Source: Octopus sinensis
Taxonomy: Eukaryota
Direction: 5' to 3'
Assembly: GCF_006345805.1 (NCBI RefSeq)
Contig: NC_042997.1
Span: 143,344,001-143,408,000 of the forward strand
Length of the DNA stretch: 64,000 nucleotides
The first letter of the stretch is position 1, and each line of letters opens with the position of its first letter. A model generated the notes under the pieces. That model worked only from the letters and a program-made list of their open reading frames with translations. It did no database searches and was not told where the DNA came from. A program made the position numbers and the translations under genes. Shown here piece after piece: positions 50,075 through 63,018 of this stretch.

Positions 50075-50285
50075 CATGTGTGTTTGTCTCCCATCATGTG
50101 TGTTTGTCTCCCATCAGTGGTGTGTTTACGTTCCCCTAACTTAGCAGTTCAGCAAAAGGGACCAATAGAATAAGTACTAGGCTTAAAAAAATAAGTCCTG
50201 GGGGTCAGCTTGTTTGATTAAAAACCCTTCAAGGCAGTGCTCCAGCATGGCCGCAGTCAAATGACTGAAACAAGTAAAAGAATAA
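49665..50285 (+). mobile_element. SINE family A with nested family B SINE (~49820-50025)
   Basis: gaaactgaaagaag is duplicated on both sides of the nested copy, like a TSD. Confidence 0.85.
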
Positions 50286-52162
50286 AAGCATACTGTCTCA
50301 GGCCAAATCCCTCAACTAAGCAAGTGCATCTCTGAAATATGGAAGTTGATTTATCAAAATATTCTTTGCAGTTGGAGTGCAAGCTCATCTGTCCTCAGTT
50401 ATATCTCCCAGACTCACATGATACATCAGAGATAAAAAAGATCTCACTAGCAATCTATGAACATTCACTTTAGATTAGCGGTGAATTGTTGACATATAAG
50501 AACACTAATCATCTGATACATGTGTTTTATAGAAAGACAGAAGAACCCTTTGTTGCTAAAGGCAACTATTGATTAAATGGCTTCCAGCTACAGGCAAGAT
50601 CTTCAGATTAGATTACTACAAGCATTATTTATAATGACAATCAGAAGTATGAAAGCGTGGTTAAGTAGTTCACCTTGCAATATAAAGTAGTTCTGGGTTC
50701 GATCCCACTGGGCAAACCTTGAGCAAGTGTTTTCAACTTTAGCTTTGGATTGATGGGATATATGTATGAAATTTATCATCATCATCCTCAATTAATGACT
50801 GCCTTCCATACATACTGGCATGGGTTGGACGGTTCAACAGGAGCTGGCAAGCCAGAGGACTGAGCCAATTGCCACCATCTGTTTTGGCATGATTTTTATG
50901 GCCAGATGCCTTTCCTACTACCAACCACTTTATAGAGTGGATCAATTAGGTTGACAAACTGTGCAGAAGCTTGCTGAATATACAATGACCAAATTTCACT
51001 GTCTGACGCTCAGTGCTTTTAAGCACTTATAAGAATTTAGAGCAAGTTCCCAGTTCAAGGGCAACCCAGGAGTTATAGTTCCTGCATCTCTGTTCTCTAC
51101 CAATCTTGGAATTCTTACAAAGGTTAAGGGTGGTCTTTCCTCTGACTCAGTCATTAACAAAAGGTTAAATCCACAATGGAATATTACTCTCATATGTGAG
51201 ATGGCACTGCTGTTAACACAGACATATTCTAGCTTTTGACTCACAGATCTGTTGCCTTCTCTTTTTACTGCTATTATAATGACCACTGCTCCTCAGAGCT
51301 GGTTGGGCCCATGTCACTTTTGCCCAGGAATTCCCAGCCTCCTCCTCTCCAGTTTTCCACCCTCTTCCTTTCTTTTCAGGAATGTTGCTCCTCAGGGATT
51401 TATTCCCTGCTTATGTTTCCCCCCACAAGTGTTGACTGAGGAACATTAATGGCATCAGTCTCACTGGTCTGTGAAAGCTATAGACATTGTCCCCACTTGA
51501 ACTTGGTTGCTGCTGGTATTACAAAACCTTTGTTGTTCCTCTTTTATATTCTCAGTCCTAATGGGATATAACTTTAATTTTATTTCACTTAAATTCTACA
51601 GAACCATACTGTTACACTAACATGCTAAATAGGAAAAAGAACACTTTAATCCACTACACATGGAATATTTTTGTAGGTTAAAGAGGTCCTTAGTCCTGTC
51701 TATACATCATTGCATAGATATGCAATGTTCACATCCAATGCTGTTGGCTAAATGCTTTCAAATTTTGAAACGTGCGATTCTGAGACTGATTTTAGCAGGC
51801 CACATTCTACAAACCTTATGTGCATATCCTTTCTAATTACAAAATACCAGCTAAAAGTTTAGCAATCACAGTCTTCTTGAAGTCAGTAAGGTAGGTTTAA
51901 TGAAACTTCTGCACAGAGAATCCTGTTATTTATGACATAAATTATTGAACATTCTAATAGAAACAGGAACTAACACATATTTATTGATAATAGAGAAATG
52001 GATAAAGATGAGGAGCTGATGATGGTGGCGATGAAGTGTTAATGTGGATTAAGATGGTAAGTGTAGTGGTAGAAAAGATGGTAAATAGGAGAATAGGATG
52101 GTGGTGAAGATGGTGAACAAAGAGGAAGTGAAAATGAATGTATTAGTGGTGAAGATGTTGAT

Positions 52163-52614
52163 CAGTGGTTCTCCACCAATTTTTACCTAGGGACCTCATT
52201 GATCCTTATTTTACTCAGTCAGGGATAGAGGTGGGGGCCCTCATAGCCATTCGATGTCTAAAAACTCCTATCATATTTTTAGGATTAAATATTAGGAATA
52301 TTCCCTCCTCTCTGTTAGGAGGCACGAGCACTTACCTACACATGTACACACACGACAGAAACTTCCAATCAAATTCAATCACAAAGCTTTGGTTGGCCCA
52401 AGGCTATAACAGAAGACATTTACACAAGGTTCTACGTAATGGGATTGAACCCAAAACCAGGTGGCTGGGAAGCAAGCTTCCTGACCACACAGCCATGCCT
52501 GTATATGAAAATGCTTAAATATTTTGTGTACTGTAGAAATGTAATATAAATTTTAACAACCAAAGTTTATATGCCCCACCCAAGGACCATAAGGACCCTG
52601 GTTAAGAACCACTG
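52163..52614. mobile_element. hAT MITE with nested SINE fragment
   Basis: cagtggttctcc ... ggttaagaaccactg. Confidence 0.7.
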
Positions 52615-52844
52615 ATATAAATGATGGTTATGGTATTGATAACGATAACATGTGGGTAAAGTTGTCAGTGGTGAGGACAATGAGGAGAGAAGTAGAGGAA
52701 AGTGGATTTCTTATTTTTATATAAATATTGAATTAGTCGCTTCAGACATCAGAACATCGTTTCTTACTAAGACACATTTGTGCTACAATATGTGTGCGTT
52801 TGCATACACACACGAGAGAGAGAGAGAGAGAGAGGGAAGGAGAA

Positions 52845-52884
<40 letters not shown>

Positions 52885-54329
52885 GGGTGGGGGAGATAGT
52901 GGATCCATAGCTAAGTATGAACAGGTGCTGCAAGCACAGTGACAAATTCCACTTATTGATGAAAGACAAACATAAATAGGGAAAAGAATACCAGGAGGTG
53001 GCAGTTCGCCATGGAAGAAAGATTGGTAAATGCATTTAAAGAGTAACAAGGGGAAACACACACACACACACAGACAGAGTCTAAATGACGGCTTCTACAG
53101 CAGCCATGATGGCTGCAGCAGAAAAAAACAAACAAAAACAACCACAAAGAAACCTAACAAAAACAAATAAAACAGAACCTGCTGGAAGACAGCTTTATTG
53201 GAATATTCTTATGCCAGAAAAGCTAAGTATGTATGAGTGTACCAAGCATGCAAACATAAAAATGGTCATTGTTCTAGTAATAATACTTATAAAATAATAA
53301 AGCTGAAGATAGGTTTAGACAAGCTCAAAAAGAAGAAACATAGTGAATTACAAAAGATAAATATATAGGGAAAAGGAAAGAAAAGGGTCAGTGCTTGTGA
53401 GATATATATATATATATATATGTGCATGTGTGCACAAATGTATATCCAAGCATATATTTATATATGAGTATATATGTGTGTGTGTGTGTGTATATATGCA
53501 CACACACACACACATATATATATATATGAGATATGAGTTGGTATAAGATAAACTGCTATATTTAATTTCAAGATTTCCCACAGTGAGGTAGAAGAAACGA
53601 GGAAATGGTAATGGGTGGTGGTGATGATGGTGTTAGTGGGGGGGCTTCGTGGGGGAGAGGGAGCAAGTTTGGACACCTCACTGTAATATTTATCCTCACT
53701 CCCCAAGGACTGCCAGCTGGGAAGAGAGAGTGAAGAGGACAATGCCATTAGATTAATTACATTAATAACAATTGGCTTTTCATTACCGAATATAAGCGAA
53801 CAATAGAACCAGAATGGAGAGAGAGAGAGAGAGAGTTGAGTAGTGAACAATGTTGGGAAACCCCACCAAGTACAAAGGTAGATATAGGAGAGAAAGTGGA
53901 GTGAGTTATTTGAATCTTGGTAATGATGGTGAAAAAGTAGTCAGTTTCTGATAACCAAAATTCACTCACAAGGAAATGGTTGACAATCATCATCATCAAC
54001 AACATCGTTTTATGTCTGCCTTCCATGCTGGCATGGGTGGGATGGCTTGCCAGGAGCCTGCACCAGACTTCTGTAACTGTTTTGGCAGGACTTTTACAGC
54101 TGGATGCTCTTCCTAGCACCAACCACTCAGCAATGTGTGGTGAAAATAAAAGATTGAACCTGAAACCAGATGGTTAGGAAGCAAGCTTCTTAACCACACA
54201 ACCATAGATATAGAGGCAGTCATCAACACCAGACATCCATCAACCACCATCACCATTATCCTAACACCAACTACATTGCACAGTGGACTGAGTACATTTT
54301 ACACGGCACCAGCAGAGGCGAGGTTGTAC

Positions 54330-54560
54330 ATTGACTCATTGAGTATGACAGTTTGCAAATCCAGTACTCAAGATACACTTTCAGTTGCTTACCTATTATC
54401 ATTGGAGCAACAGGATACATACCAACCTGCCTGGAAACCAAGTATAACTGAACTTGGGATTTTGGGGAAAGAATGCAAATCTTTAATTCAGATGCTACAA
54501 ATGATCATGATATCTGGAACTGAAAAAATTTACAAGATCTTCTTAAGATTTAAAGGATAA
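54330..54560 (+). pseudogene. C-terminal relic of an RLE-type non-LTR retrotransposon (R4/NeSL/CRE-like)
   Basis: Frameshifted PIIIGATGYIPTCL..ELGILGKECKSLIQMLQMIMISGTEKIYKIFLRF resembles the tail of restriction-like endonuclease domains. Confidence 0.55.
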
Positions 54561-55114
54561 TGAACAAAACAAGATGCTTTCCTTCACATCCTTGCTACCA
54601 AGCAGGTGGCTGGTCAGAATTTACTCTAAATAAAAAAAAAAGAGAAGAAGCCTCACACACACACACACGTGTAAGATGAAAGACAAAATGTTCAACAGAG
54701 AAGATATTACTTCATCATGACCTTAGCCATGATGACTAAAGATAAACTAAAGAACTCAAGAAAAATAGAGTCTTTGACAATTTTTGAGTGACAAAGTTCA
54801 CCTTATTCAGGGTGTGAGAATTTAAAAATAGATTAGTGTGTTCGTTAGTTCATCACACCAAGTTCAACTATCTCCATGGAGAAAGTGGAAATAGTAGCAG
54901 CAGTAGTCAGTTTTATTGAATAATGACTTTAGTTTATGTAATTATTGTTTAGCTTCAAATCAGTTTTGAACCAGAAGACCTTTGACCACCCTGTGTCAAA
55001 TCTAAATAAATGGGTTGGTGGAGTAGGGCTGACACAGAAATCTTGTTGCTGTAAAGTCAGAAGATGAATAAGGATTGGAGGATAATTAGCTAAATATGAC
55101 TATTATTTATGCGC

Positions 55115-55400
55115 CCTTTTCAAGCCCAGCCAGGCTCATGGGCCCGGTTTCCCGGTTTCTGTGGCATATGTGTTACCCCCAGCTGGACGGGACGCCAGTC
55201 CATCACAGCGTTACTCAAGAAACAGGAAGAAAGAGCGAGAGAAAGTTGGGGCGAAAGAGTACAACAGGAGTCACCACCACCCCCTGCCGGAGCCTCGTGG
55301 AGCTTTAGGTGTTTTCGCTCAATAAACACACACAATGCCTGGTCTGGGAATCGAAACCACGATCCTCCAACCGCAAGTCCGCTGCCATTGCACCTCCACA
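55115..55400 (-). mobile_element. SINE family C
   Basis: Homologous to 14035-14250; CpGs largely intact. Confidence 0.8.
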
Positions 55401-55440
55401 CTTAAATATGACTAATTAGAGGTGAAATCATCACTATCAT

Positions 55441-55670
55441 TTAACCCTTTTGTTACCGTATTTATTTTGAGATGCTCTGTGTTTCTTTCAATTACTTTAA
55501 ATAAAACAAAAAGAATTTAGTAAAATAACTTAGTTATCATTAAGCTGGTGTTAGGAACATAAATTGTGACTAAGGTTTAGTGGAAGATTTTAATTCAGGA
55601 CTTTTGAAAACAAGACATTTGTATTCAGAGCCAGAGCCGGTTTCAGCCGGGTTGGTAACGAAAGGGTTAA
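55441..55670. mobile_element. piggyBac-like MITE with TTAA TSD
   Basis: TTAA-cccttttgttacc ... ggtaacgaaaggg-TTAA. Confidence 0.85.
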
Positions 55671-57763
55671 TGTCTGCTTTCCATGCTAACATGGGTTAGA
55701 TGGTTTGGCAGGAGTCAGCTAACCCGAGTATTGTGCTGCTAAATGTCAGTGTCTGCTTTGGCATTGTTTCAATGGCTGGATGGTCTTCCTAATGCCAACC
55801 ACTTTTACAGAGTATAGTGTTACTTTTCACATAGCAAGCACCAGCACACCTAAGTTCACACCAGTATTTAGAAATATGTACTATTGGCTAATAATGTGTG
55901 TAAAAGAGCTATTTCCTGCCATGCATTGTTATGCATATGACCTAGATATACCATCTCATACTGCTGGTTTCTGCAGTATTGTGTTGTTATTTTTATTATT
56001 TAGTCACAAGTCAGCCTTGATCAAGGAAGCACACCTATGATCAAAGGTGTTTTTGTGTTGACCATCCTATATCTTTATTTTTTGGGCATTGTGTATAAGG
56101 AACACCTATTATCCAAGGTGTTTTTCTTTTTGTAAGAAAGTAATGTTATCTGAGTGGGATTTGACTGCTATTTCTAACAGGTCAATTACCCACACAGAGG
56201 CACCCTTTACAAGAATGGGTTGATAACTAAAAAGCTTTCTTTTTTTTTTTTTTGCTCCCCACGAGCAGAGTTTAACTTGATATGAGTTAATGACATCAAT
56301 TTTACATTGCTCACAGTAGTAAAATAAAACAACACATTGTGGTACTCAGTTACAAAAGAGGTGAACTCGGTCAATCATTGTTCAGTGTTTTGGACTCAAT
56401 AGTTTTCTTGAGTTATTTAGTTTGTTTTTGTCACTATGGCTAAAGACCATGTTTGAAGCATTGTCTTGTATGTCTATTGTGCTGTCTGTATGTATATATT
56501 AAGGAGTCTATTGTTTCATTGAGTATTCTTTATATAACAACTCTAGATAGTGGCTCAATAAATTGAAATAAGTGACTCTGCTTTGTTTGTAGTCTCTTCC
56601 AGATAGCTGATTCTCATCATCATCACCACCATATTTTAACGTCCACCTTCCATGCTGGCATGGATGCGCCAGACTTCTGTGTCTTTATTGGCATGATTTT
56701 TACAGCTGGGAGCCCTTCCTAACACCAACCACCCAGGACTGGGTGCTTTTTACATGGTACTGTTAAAAAAACAAATGCATCTAGGTGAAGATGTAATATG
56801 TCATGCATTGAAAGAGAAGTGCTTTCTGATGGTAGCAGCCAGCACTTGAGCAAAGTTAGACTGTGAATTCCTAAGAGATGGCAGTAAAAGCAGGCCTCAG
56901 AAAATTGCATCTCCTTGATGAGATGATGCAAGACAATTTAATGGAAAGATGTTGCATTCATAAAGGTGTCCACTCATTGATGACATGCAAAATGGATATT
57001 AAATCAATAAAAATTAAATACAAGTGAACAAAGTTCAGAGAGGAGTTAACAAAACAGCCTGTGTATCTTCACTTGAATTGCTAGAAATAGCTGACAAATC
57101 TCCCTCAAATCACATTCTACACTGAATAATGAAGTCCCAGTGATACTAATCTCTGAATAAAAGATAAGCTAGTGAAAGCCAGAATGTCTTTGATCATAGG
57201 TCGACTTGAAGTGAAATAAAAGCAAGGACTGAAGTCTTTATCAAATAATAACAGGGTCCTCAAATATCCATAACTAATTATAAAATGCAAATTCCTGTTT
57301 TAAATCAAGACCTTTCATCAAAACTTTCAGCTTAATAACAGGCTATTTCACTAAATACTTCATTATTTTCAAAATTAATTGGAACAAAGGCAGTGTATTT
57401 CAATAGAAACAAAGTAATAAAATGCTTCATCTTTTGAACTTCTGACATGCTTTTAGTAGGGCTAAGAACATTTAGCCTTTTCAGATGTGATGAAAGTAAA
57501 GTGTTGTAGCTTGCTTGAAACATTGTGATACAGAAACAAAATACTAAAATAATGGAAGCAGAGAGATTCTTACAATGCAAAAAGGGAAAGTTCAGCAACC
57601 TTTAAATATTTTAGGCACAAAAGCTCATCATCAGAAGTGAATGGAGTAAAGAAACATGAGTTTATACAGATCAGGCTTGCAAGAGGTAATTTCAATATTT
57701 CAATGTTGGGATAACATACAAAGAATATCTGTGTCTCTTTCAGAAGATAATTCTATATGTCAA

Positions 57764-57974
57764 TCAACCCTTTAGTATGTAAACTGGCCATATCCGGCCC
57801 AATTAATCTACCTGTTTTGTGTTCAAACAAGCCATGTCCAGCATCTCACACCTACCCTACAGTGTCATTCTAAAACTCACACCATTGAAATCTCAAAGTT
57901 ATGAGTTAATGTGTGATTAATTAAAAACATTATGAATTATATTTGATAGAGAAAGCTGAATGCTAAAGAGTTGA
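57764..57974. mobile_element. piggyBac-like MITE (same family as 25528 and 63256)
   Basis: ccctttagtat..actggccatatccggc ... gaatgctaaagag. Confidence 0.7.
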
Positions 57975-58484
57975 ATAAGGATAAAAAAAGGGTTGTTGTT
58001 GGACCTTTTGATTGTAGAGAAGCGCTCACATTCTACTTCCAGAAGGTCTTCCCCATTTAAATAGTAACAGTACAATGGCAGAATATCTGTTACTTTGTCC
58101 TTCAAAACTTCCATGCTTCCTGAAATTCACCAACAGTACACCTGATGGCTCCCACCTTTTTTTCTTCTTTTTTAATGACTCATTCACTGTTCACTTCCTG
58201 TGCATTATTCCACGTACTGTCCATGCACTTTTGGCCATTTATTCTGATGAGTTATAGTGTACCAGAGCACTGTATACAATAAACTCTTCCATTTGTTTCA
58301 GTCATGTGACTGCAGCCATGCTGGAGCACAGCCTTTAGTCGAGCAAACTGACCCTCAGGACTTATTCTTTGTAAGCCTAGTACTTATTCTATCAGTCTCT
58401 TGTGCTGAACTGCTAAATTACAGGGATGTAAACACACTAGCACTGGTTTTCAAGCGATGTTAGGGGCACAAACACAGACACACA

Positions 58485-58710
58485 CTGTTGTGTCTGGGGA
58501 GAGTCATTTTCTTTTTGTGCTTTATGATTTAACACACCAGTAAAATTTCCAATTATTCTTTATTTTTATTTTCCCAAAATTTTCGTTGTATGGTTGCAAG
58601 ATGCAACGAAAATTTTAGGAAAATAAAAATAAGGAATAAGCGAAATTTTACCGGTGAGTGTGATAAATTATAAGGCACAAAAAAAAAGTGACTCTCTCCA
58701 GACACAACAG
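58485..58710. mobile_element. Fold-back element nested in a family A SINE (58285-58905, minus)
   Basis: ~105-bp arms ctgttgtgtctgg(g/a)gagagtca...aaattttcgttg(t/c)at; loop ~10 nt. Confidence 0.9.
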
Positions 58711-59029
58711 AATATGCTTCAACACACGAACTCACATAAAGAATCTTGCAAACCAAATCCCAAAACGAAATATATATATATATATAATGATGGGCTTCTT
58801 TTGGCCCAATGCTATAGAAGACACTTGCCCAAGGTGCCACGCAGTGGGACTGAACCCAGAACCATGTAGTTTGTAAGCAAGCTACTTTACCACACAGCCA
58901 CTCCAGTGCATAACTGGGGTTGATCTAATCGACTGGCCCCCTCCCCCAAAATTATTATTCTTCTATATTAGCCGAGTATGTTTGATTCTTAATCCTGTAA
59001 TTCATTATCAGTTACATTCACTAACAATA

Positions 59030-59345
59030 ATAGGGGCGATAAGCTGATAGGTTTGCTAAAGGTTAGGGTCGATGTTACCAGAGAAATCAAATTTCTACGT
59101 GAACCAGTCGGCTTCACATACCAAGGGAGGTAACTCTGCGCCTTAGCTTAACATTTTGACTTCGCTGCGTGTGTGCGCGAAGCCAGTCTAGATCCATCAG
59201 ACAGACACAGCCAATGAACCAACGAAGATGCTGCCACGCAGTCTTTCAACTTGTTAGATATAGCAACCGTATAACATAGTTAGGAAGAGCTTGATAATCA
59301 AATTTATGAATTCACGATGGTTAACTGAAACAGAATAAGCGAAAG
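59030..59345. promoter_or_regulatory. CpG-rich, promoter-like island inside the C6orf136 last intron
   Basis: About a dozen CpGs in ~300 bp, TGCGCG and CCAAT motifs, non-repetitive, flanked by inverted SINEs. Confidence 0.45.
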
Positions 59346-59437
59346 CTATTGTCATTAACCCTTTTGATACTAACACACCTGAAGCTGCCCATGGTTCTAT
59401 GGTAAAAACTTCCTGTTTCAAATTGATATAAATTAAG

Positions 59438-59795
59438 GGCGTAGCTGTGTGGTAAGAAGCTTGCTTCCCAACCACACGGTTCTGGGTTCAGTCCCACTGT
59501 GTAGCACCTCGAGTTGACCAAAGCCCTGAGTGAATTTGGTAGACAGAAACTGAAAAGAAATTCGAATGTATATATCTATGTGTGTGTGATTGTTTGTCCT
59601 CCACCACTGCTTGACAACCGGTGTTAGTGTGTTTACATCCCTGTAACATTAGCAGTTCAGCAAAAGAGACCAATAGAATAAGTATCAGGCTGTATAAAAA
59701 TAAGAAAAAGTCCTGGGGTTTATTTGTTTGACTAAAACTCTTTAAAGCTGTGCCCCAACATGGCCACAGTCAAATGACTGAAACAAGTAAAAGAT
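59438..59795 (+). mobile_element. SINE family A
   Basis: Near-full copy. Confidence 0.85.
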
Positions 59796-59884
59796 GAAAA
59801 TCTCATGTTCATTTACATTAAAAACTAATGACAAGATTATTTAAAAAATTTCTTCATTATTTATTCATTATGACAGAGTGTAAG

Positions 59885-60312
59885 AGCCCTGAGAGAAAAG
59901 TTGGACATAAGAAGCATCAGATGCGGTGTGAGACGACTGCACTGATATGGTCATGTGTTGCATATGGATGAGGACAGCTGTGTGAAGAAGTGTCACACCC
60001 TAACAGTGGAAGGAACCCGTGGAAGAGGTAAACAGAGGAAGACATTGGATGAGGTGGTGAAGCATGACCTTCGAACGACAGGCCTCACAGAGCCAATGAC
60101 AAGCAACTGAGACCTTTGGAGATATGCTGTGCTCATTGAGAAGACCCAGCAAGTCAAGTGAGATCATAGCCATGGCTGATGCCAGTGTCATATAACTGGC
60201 TCGTTTAAAAGTACCCTTCAATCGTCGGGCAATATGCTGTGCTTGAGAAGACTTGTTGAGTCAAGCGAAATCGTAGTCGTGACCGATGCTAGTATCGCCT
60301 GACTGGCATGTA
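59885..60312 (+). mobile_element. 5'-truncated RTE LINE (RT tail plus partial 3'UTR)
   Basis: LREKLDIRSIRCGV..YGHVLHMDEDSCVKKCHTLTVEGTRGRG..DEVVKHDL. Confidence 0.85.
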
Positions 60313-60335
60313 AAAATAAAGGCAGTGCATTTCAG

Positions 60336-60444
60336 AAATATGGTAACAAAAGGGTCGATGCACCACATGTAAGAGTGATGTTAACTGAAACTGAAATCAA
60401 TGCAGCTGGAGCTGAGTCTGATGTGTATTTTCACATGGAGCCAT
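60336..60444 (+). CDS. Candidate coding exon of a nested antisense gene
   Basis: Acceptor gcatttcag, donor CAT|gtaagt. 109 nt, open in phase 0: KYGNKRVDAPHVRVMLTETEINAAGAESDVYFHMEP. The other two frames are closed. Confidence 0.45.
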
Positions 60445-60702
60445 GTAAGTATATTCTCAGTATTTAGTCACTTAAACATTGGGAACTGTTTATACAATTA
60501 TAATGATTCTATTAAAATACTCTATAGTGCAGGTCGTGTGTGCGTGTTTGCATATATGCATGTGTAAAAGAGAGAGAGGGAGGAAGAGAAGTGGAGAGGG
60601 AGAGAAGTGGAGAGAGAGAGAAGTAGATAGATAGAAGGAATGAGTGAGAGAGAGATATAAAGCAATGAGAACATTATGTTAGCAGCAGATTGATATTCAC
60701 AG

Positions 60703-60862
60703 GATTAAAAAGGTTGGCTGACATTGAAGAACTGCAATTGTCTATTGGAATTCTACAAAAATGCATAAAGAAATTTTATCTTAATACCTATGACACCAGT
60801 CCATGTTGTTTATACCTCTTTGATATAGTTGCCATAGATATTAATAAAATACTTCAATAGCA
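60703..60862 (+). other. Candidate terminal (3'UTR) exon
   Basis: Acceptor tattcacag; completes a split stop T|GA with the previous exon. AATAAA at 60843-60848 followed by an A-run at 60862. Confidence 0.3.
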
Positions 60863-61582
60863 AAAAAAAAAACAGTGCACTGGCCTAGCAAGATTTTTTG
60901 AGGAAGATTGGCAGCTGGCCACGCACGCAAGTCTCAGTACATGTATGTGTTTGTGTGTAACCTTGTCTAGACATCACCTCATCATCATCATTGAACATCC
61001 GCTTTCCATGCTAGCATCGGTTTGGTAAGGCCAGGGAGCTGCACCAGGTTCCAGTCTGATTTGGCTTGGTTTCTATGACTGGCTGCTCTTCCTAATGTGT
61101 ATTGGATGCTTTTTACGTGTCACTGGTATAGGCACCATGTACATGACACTGGCAATAGCCACAACTATGATTTCTCTTGACTTGACAAGTCTTCTCAAGC
61201 ACAGCATATTGCCAAAGGACTTGGGTCACTTATTGCCTTTGTGGTAAATGAACATCATCATCATATAAGTTATGTTGCTTGTTTCCATCCAGCCTTCCAT
61301 GAAAAACATGTCTGGCCATCGGGAAATATTACCTTCTTGGAAACAGGTAAGGGTTGGCAACAGGAAGAGCATCCAGCTGTAGAAAATCTGCCTCGATAAA
61401 TTTTGGCTGATCCACACAAGCATGCAAAAGTGGACGTTAAATGATGATGATCTGTCTTCATAGCTCCTCAATATCTAAAAGTTCAGTAGGACTTTAAACA
61501 ATGTCTGAGTACTACCCATGCTGGTGTCATGTAAAAAACACCAACCACTTTACAGAGTAGGCTGGGTGCTTTTCACACGTCA

Positions 61583-61624
<42 letters not shown>

Positions 61625-62204
61625 ATATCATCATCATCAAGCGTCCACTTTCCATGCTAGCATGGGTTGGAAAGTTCAACTGGGGTCTGTGAAGCCAGAA
61701 GGCTGCATCAGGCCCAGTCTGATCTGGCAGTGTTTCTACGGCTGGATGCCCTTCCTAACACCAACCACTCTGTGAGTGTAGTGGGTGCTTTTTACGTGTC
61801 ACCCGCATGGGGGCCAGGCAAGGCTGGCAACGGCCATGATCGGATGGTGCTTTTTACGTGCCACATAAATAAGGATAATATCGATATTTAAATATCGATC
61901 TTATCTAGTGGCCAGCATGGGAATAAATACCATACAAAGGTAATAATTATTTAAACTATAAATTAGGGTATCTGAGAGATACCACCATGCTGAAATAGCA
62001 GTCAAAACCCCGACTCTAAAACTACCTTAAATGTTCATATCGCACCAGGAGAGAAGCCAGAAAGGCAAAATAAACTAGTAAAAAAGATTTTACTGGATAA
62101 TTCAAGATCCTGGATTTCTACACACACACACATAGTGTTAAAGAATAACAAATCTGTACTGAGTAATTCTACAATTTAATGTAAAATTGTTATATCATAA
62201 AAAC

Positions 62205-62695
62205 AAACATGTGGAAGAGGTAGACCCAGGAAGACATGGAGTGAGGTGGTGAAGCACGACCTTTGAATATTGGGCCTCACAGAAGCAATGACGAGCAACT
62301 GAGATCTTTGGAGATGTGCTGTGCTCATTGAGAAGACCCAGTAAACCAAGTGAGATCATAGTTGTGGCTGATGCCAGGGTTGCATAACTGGACTGTTTAA
62401 AAGCACCCTTCAATCATTGGGCAGTATGCCATGCTTGTGAAGAACTGTTGAACTGAGTGAAATTGTAGTCGAGGCCGATGCCAGTGCTGTCTGACTGGCA
62501 CCCGTACTGATGGCACACAATAGCACCTACAACATTCTCAGAGTGGTTGGTGTTAGGAAGGGCATCCAGCAGTAGAAACCTTGCCAAATCAGATTGGAGC
62601 CTGGTGCAACCTCCCAGCTTGCCAGTTCTCAGTCAAACTCTCCAACGCATGCTAGCATGGAAACTGGACGTTAAACGACAATGATGATGATGATT
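62205..62695 (+). mobile_element. 5'-truncated RTE LINE with (GAT)n tail
   Basis: TCGRGRPRKTWSEVVKHDL, 3'UTR, ggacgttaaacgacaatgatgatgat. Confidence 0.9.
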
Positions 62696-63018
62696 TACAC
62701 ACACAATAGGCTTCTTTCAGTTTCTATCTACTAAATCCCTTCATAAAGCTTTGGTCAACCCAGGACTATTGTAGGAGACTTGCCCAAAGTGGCACATAGT
62801 TGGAGTGAACCTGAACCTGGGTGGTTGGAAAGTAAACTTCAACTTCTTTACCACACTGCTACACTTGTGCCTAATTATTTTTGTTGTTGCCGGAAGGAAT
62901 TAGAGAGAATTATAGAGAATTATTAGTAATGAAAAAAAAAAAGTCAAAACAAACATTTGTTATAATGTAATCAAATGCGATAAAAGTTATCTGGAAAATG
63001 TCAAGTTTTCATTCTTAC

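Noticed and set aside
57615-57685. Plus-strand exon-like segment (HKSSSSEVNGVKKHEFIQIRLAR)
   Set aside because: Splice sites are modest and its phases do not join the neighbouring candidates; indistinguishable from chance.
60444-60860. Selenocysteine read-through of the split TGA into a 51-codon open frame (LKRLADIEELQL...)
   Set aside because: No known selenoprotein motif around the codon and no SECIS recognised; a plain stop followed by UTR is simpler.
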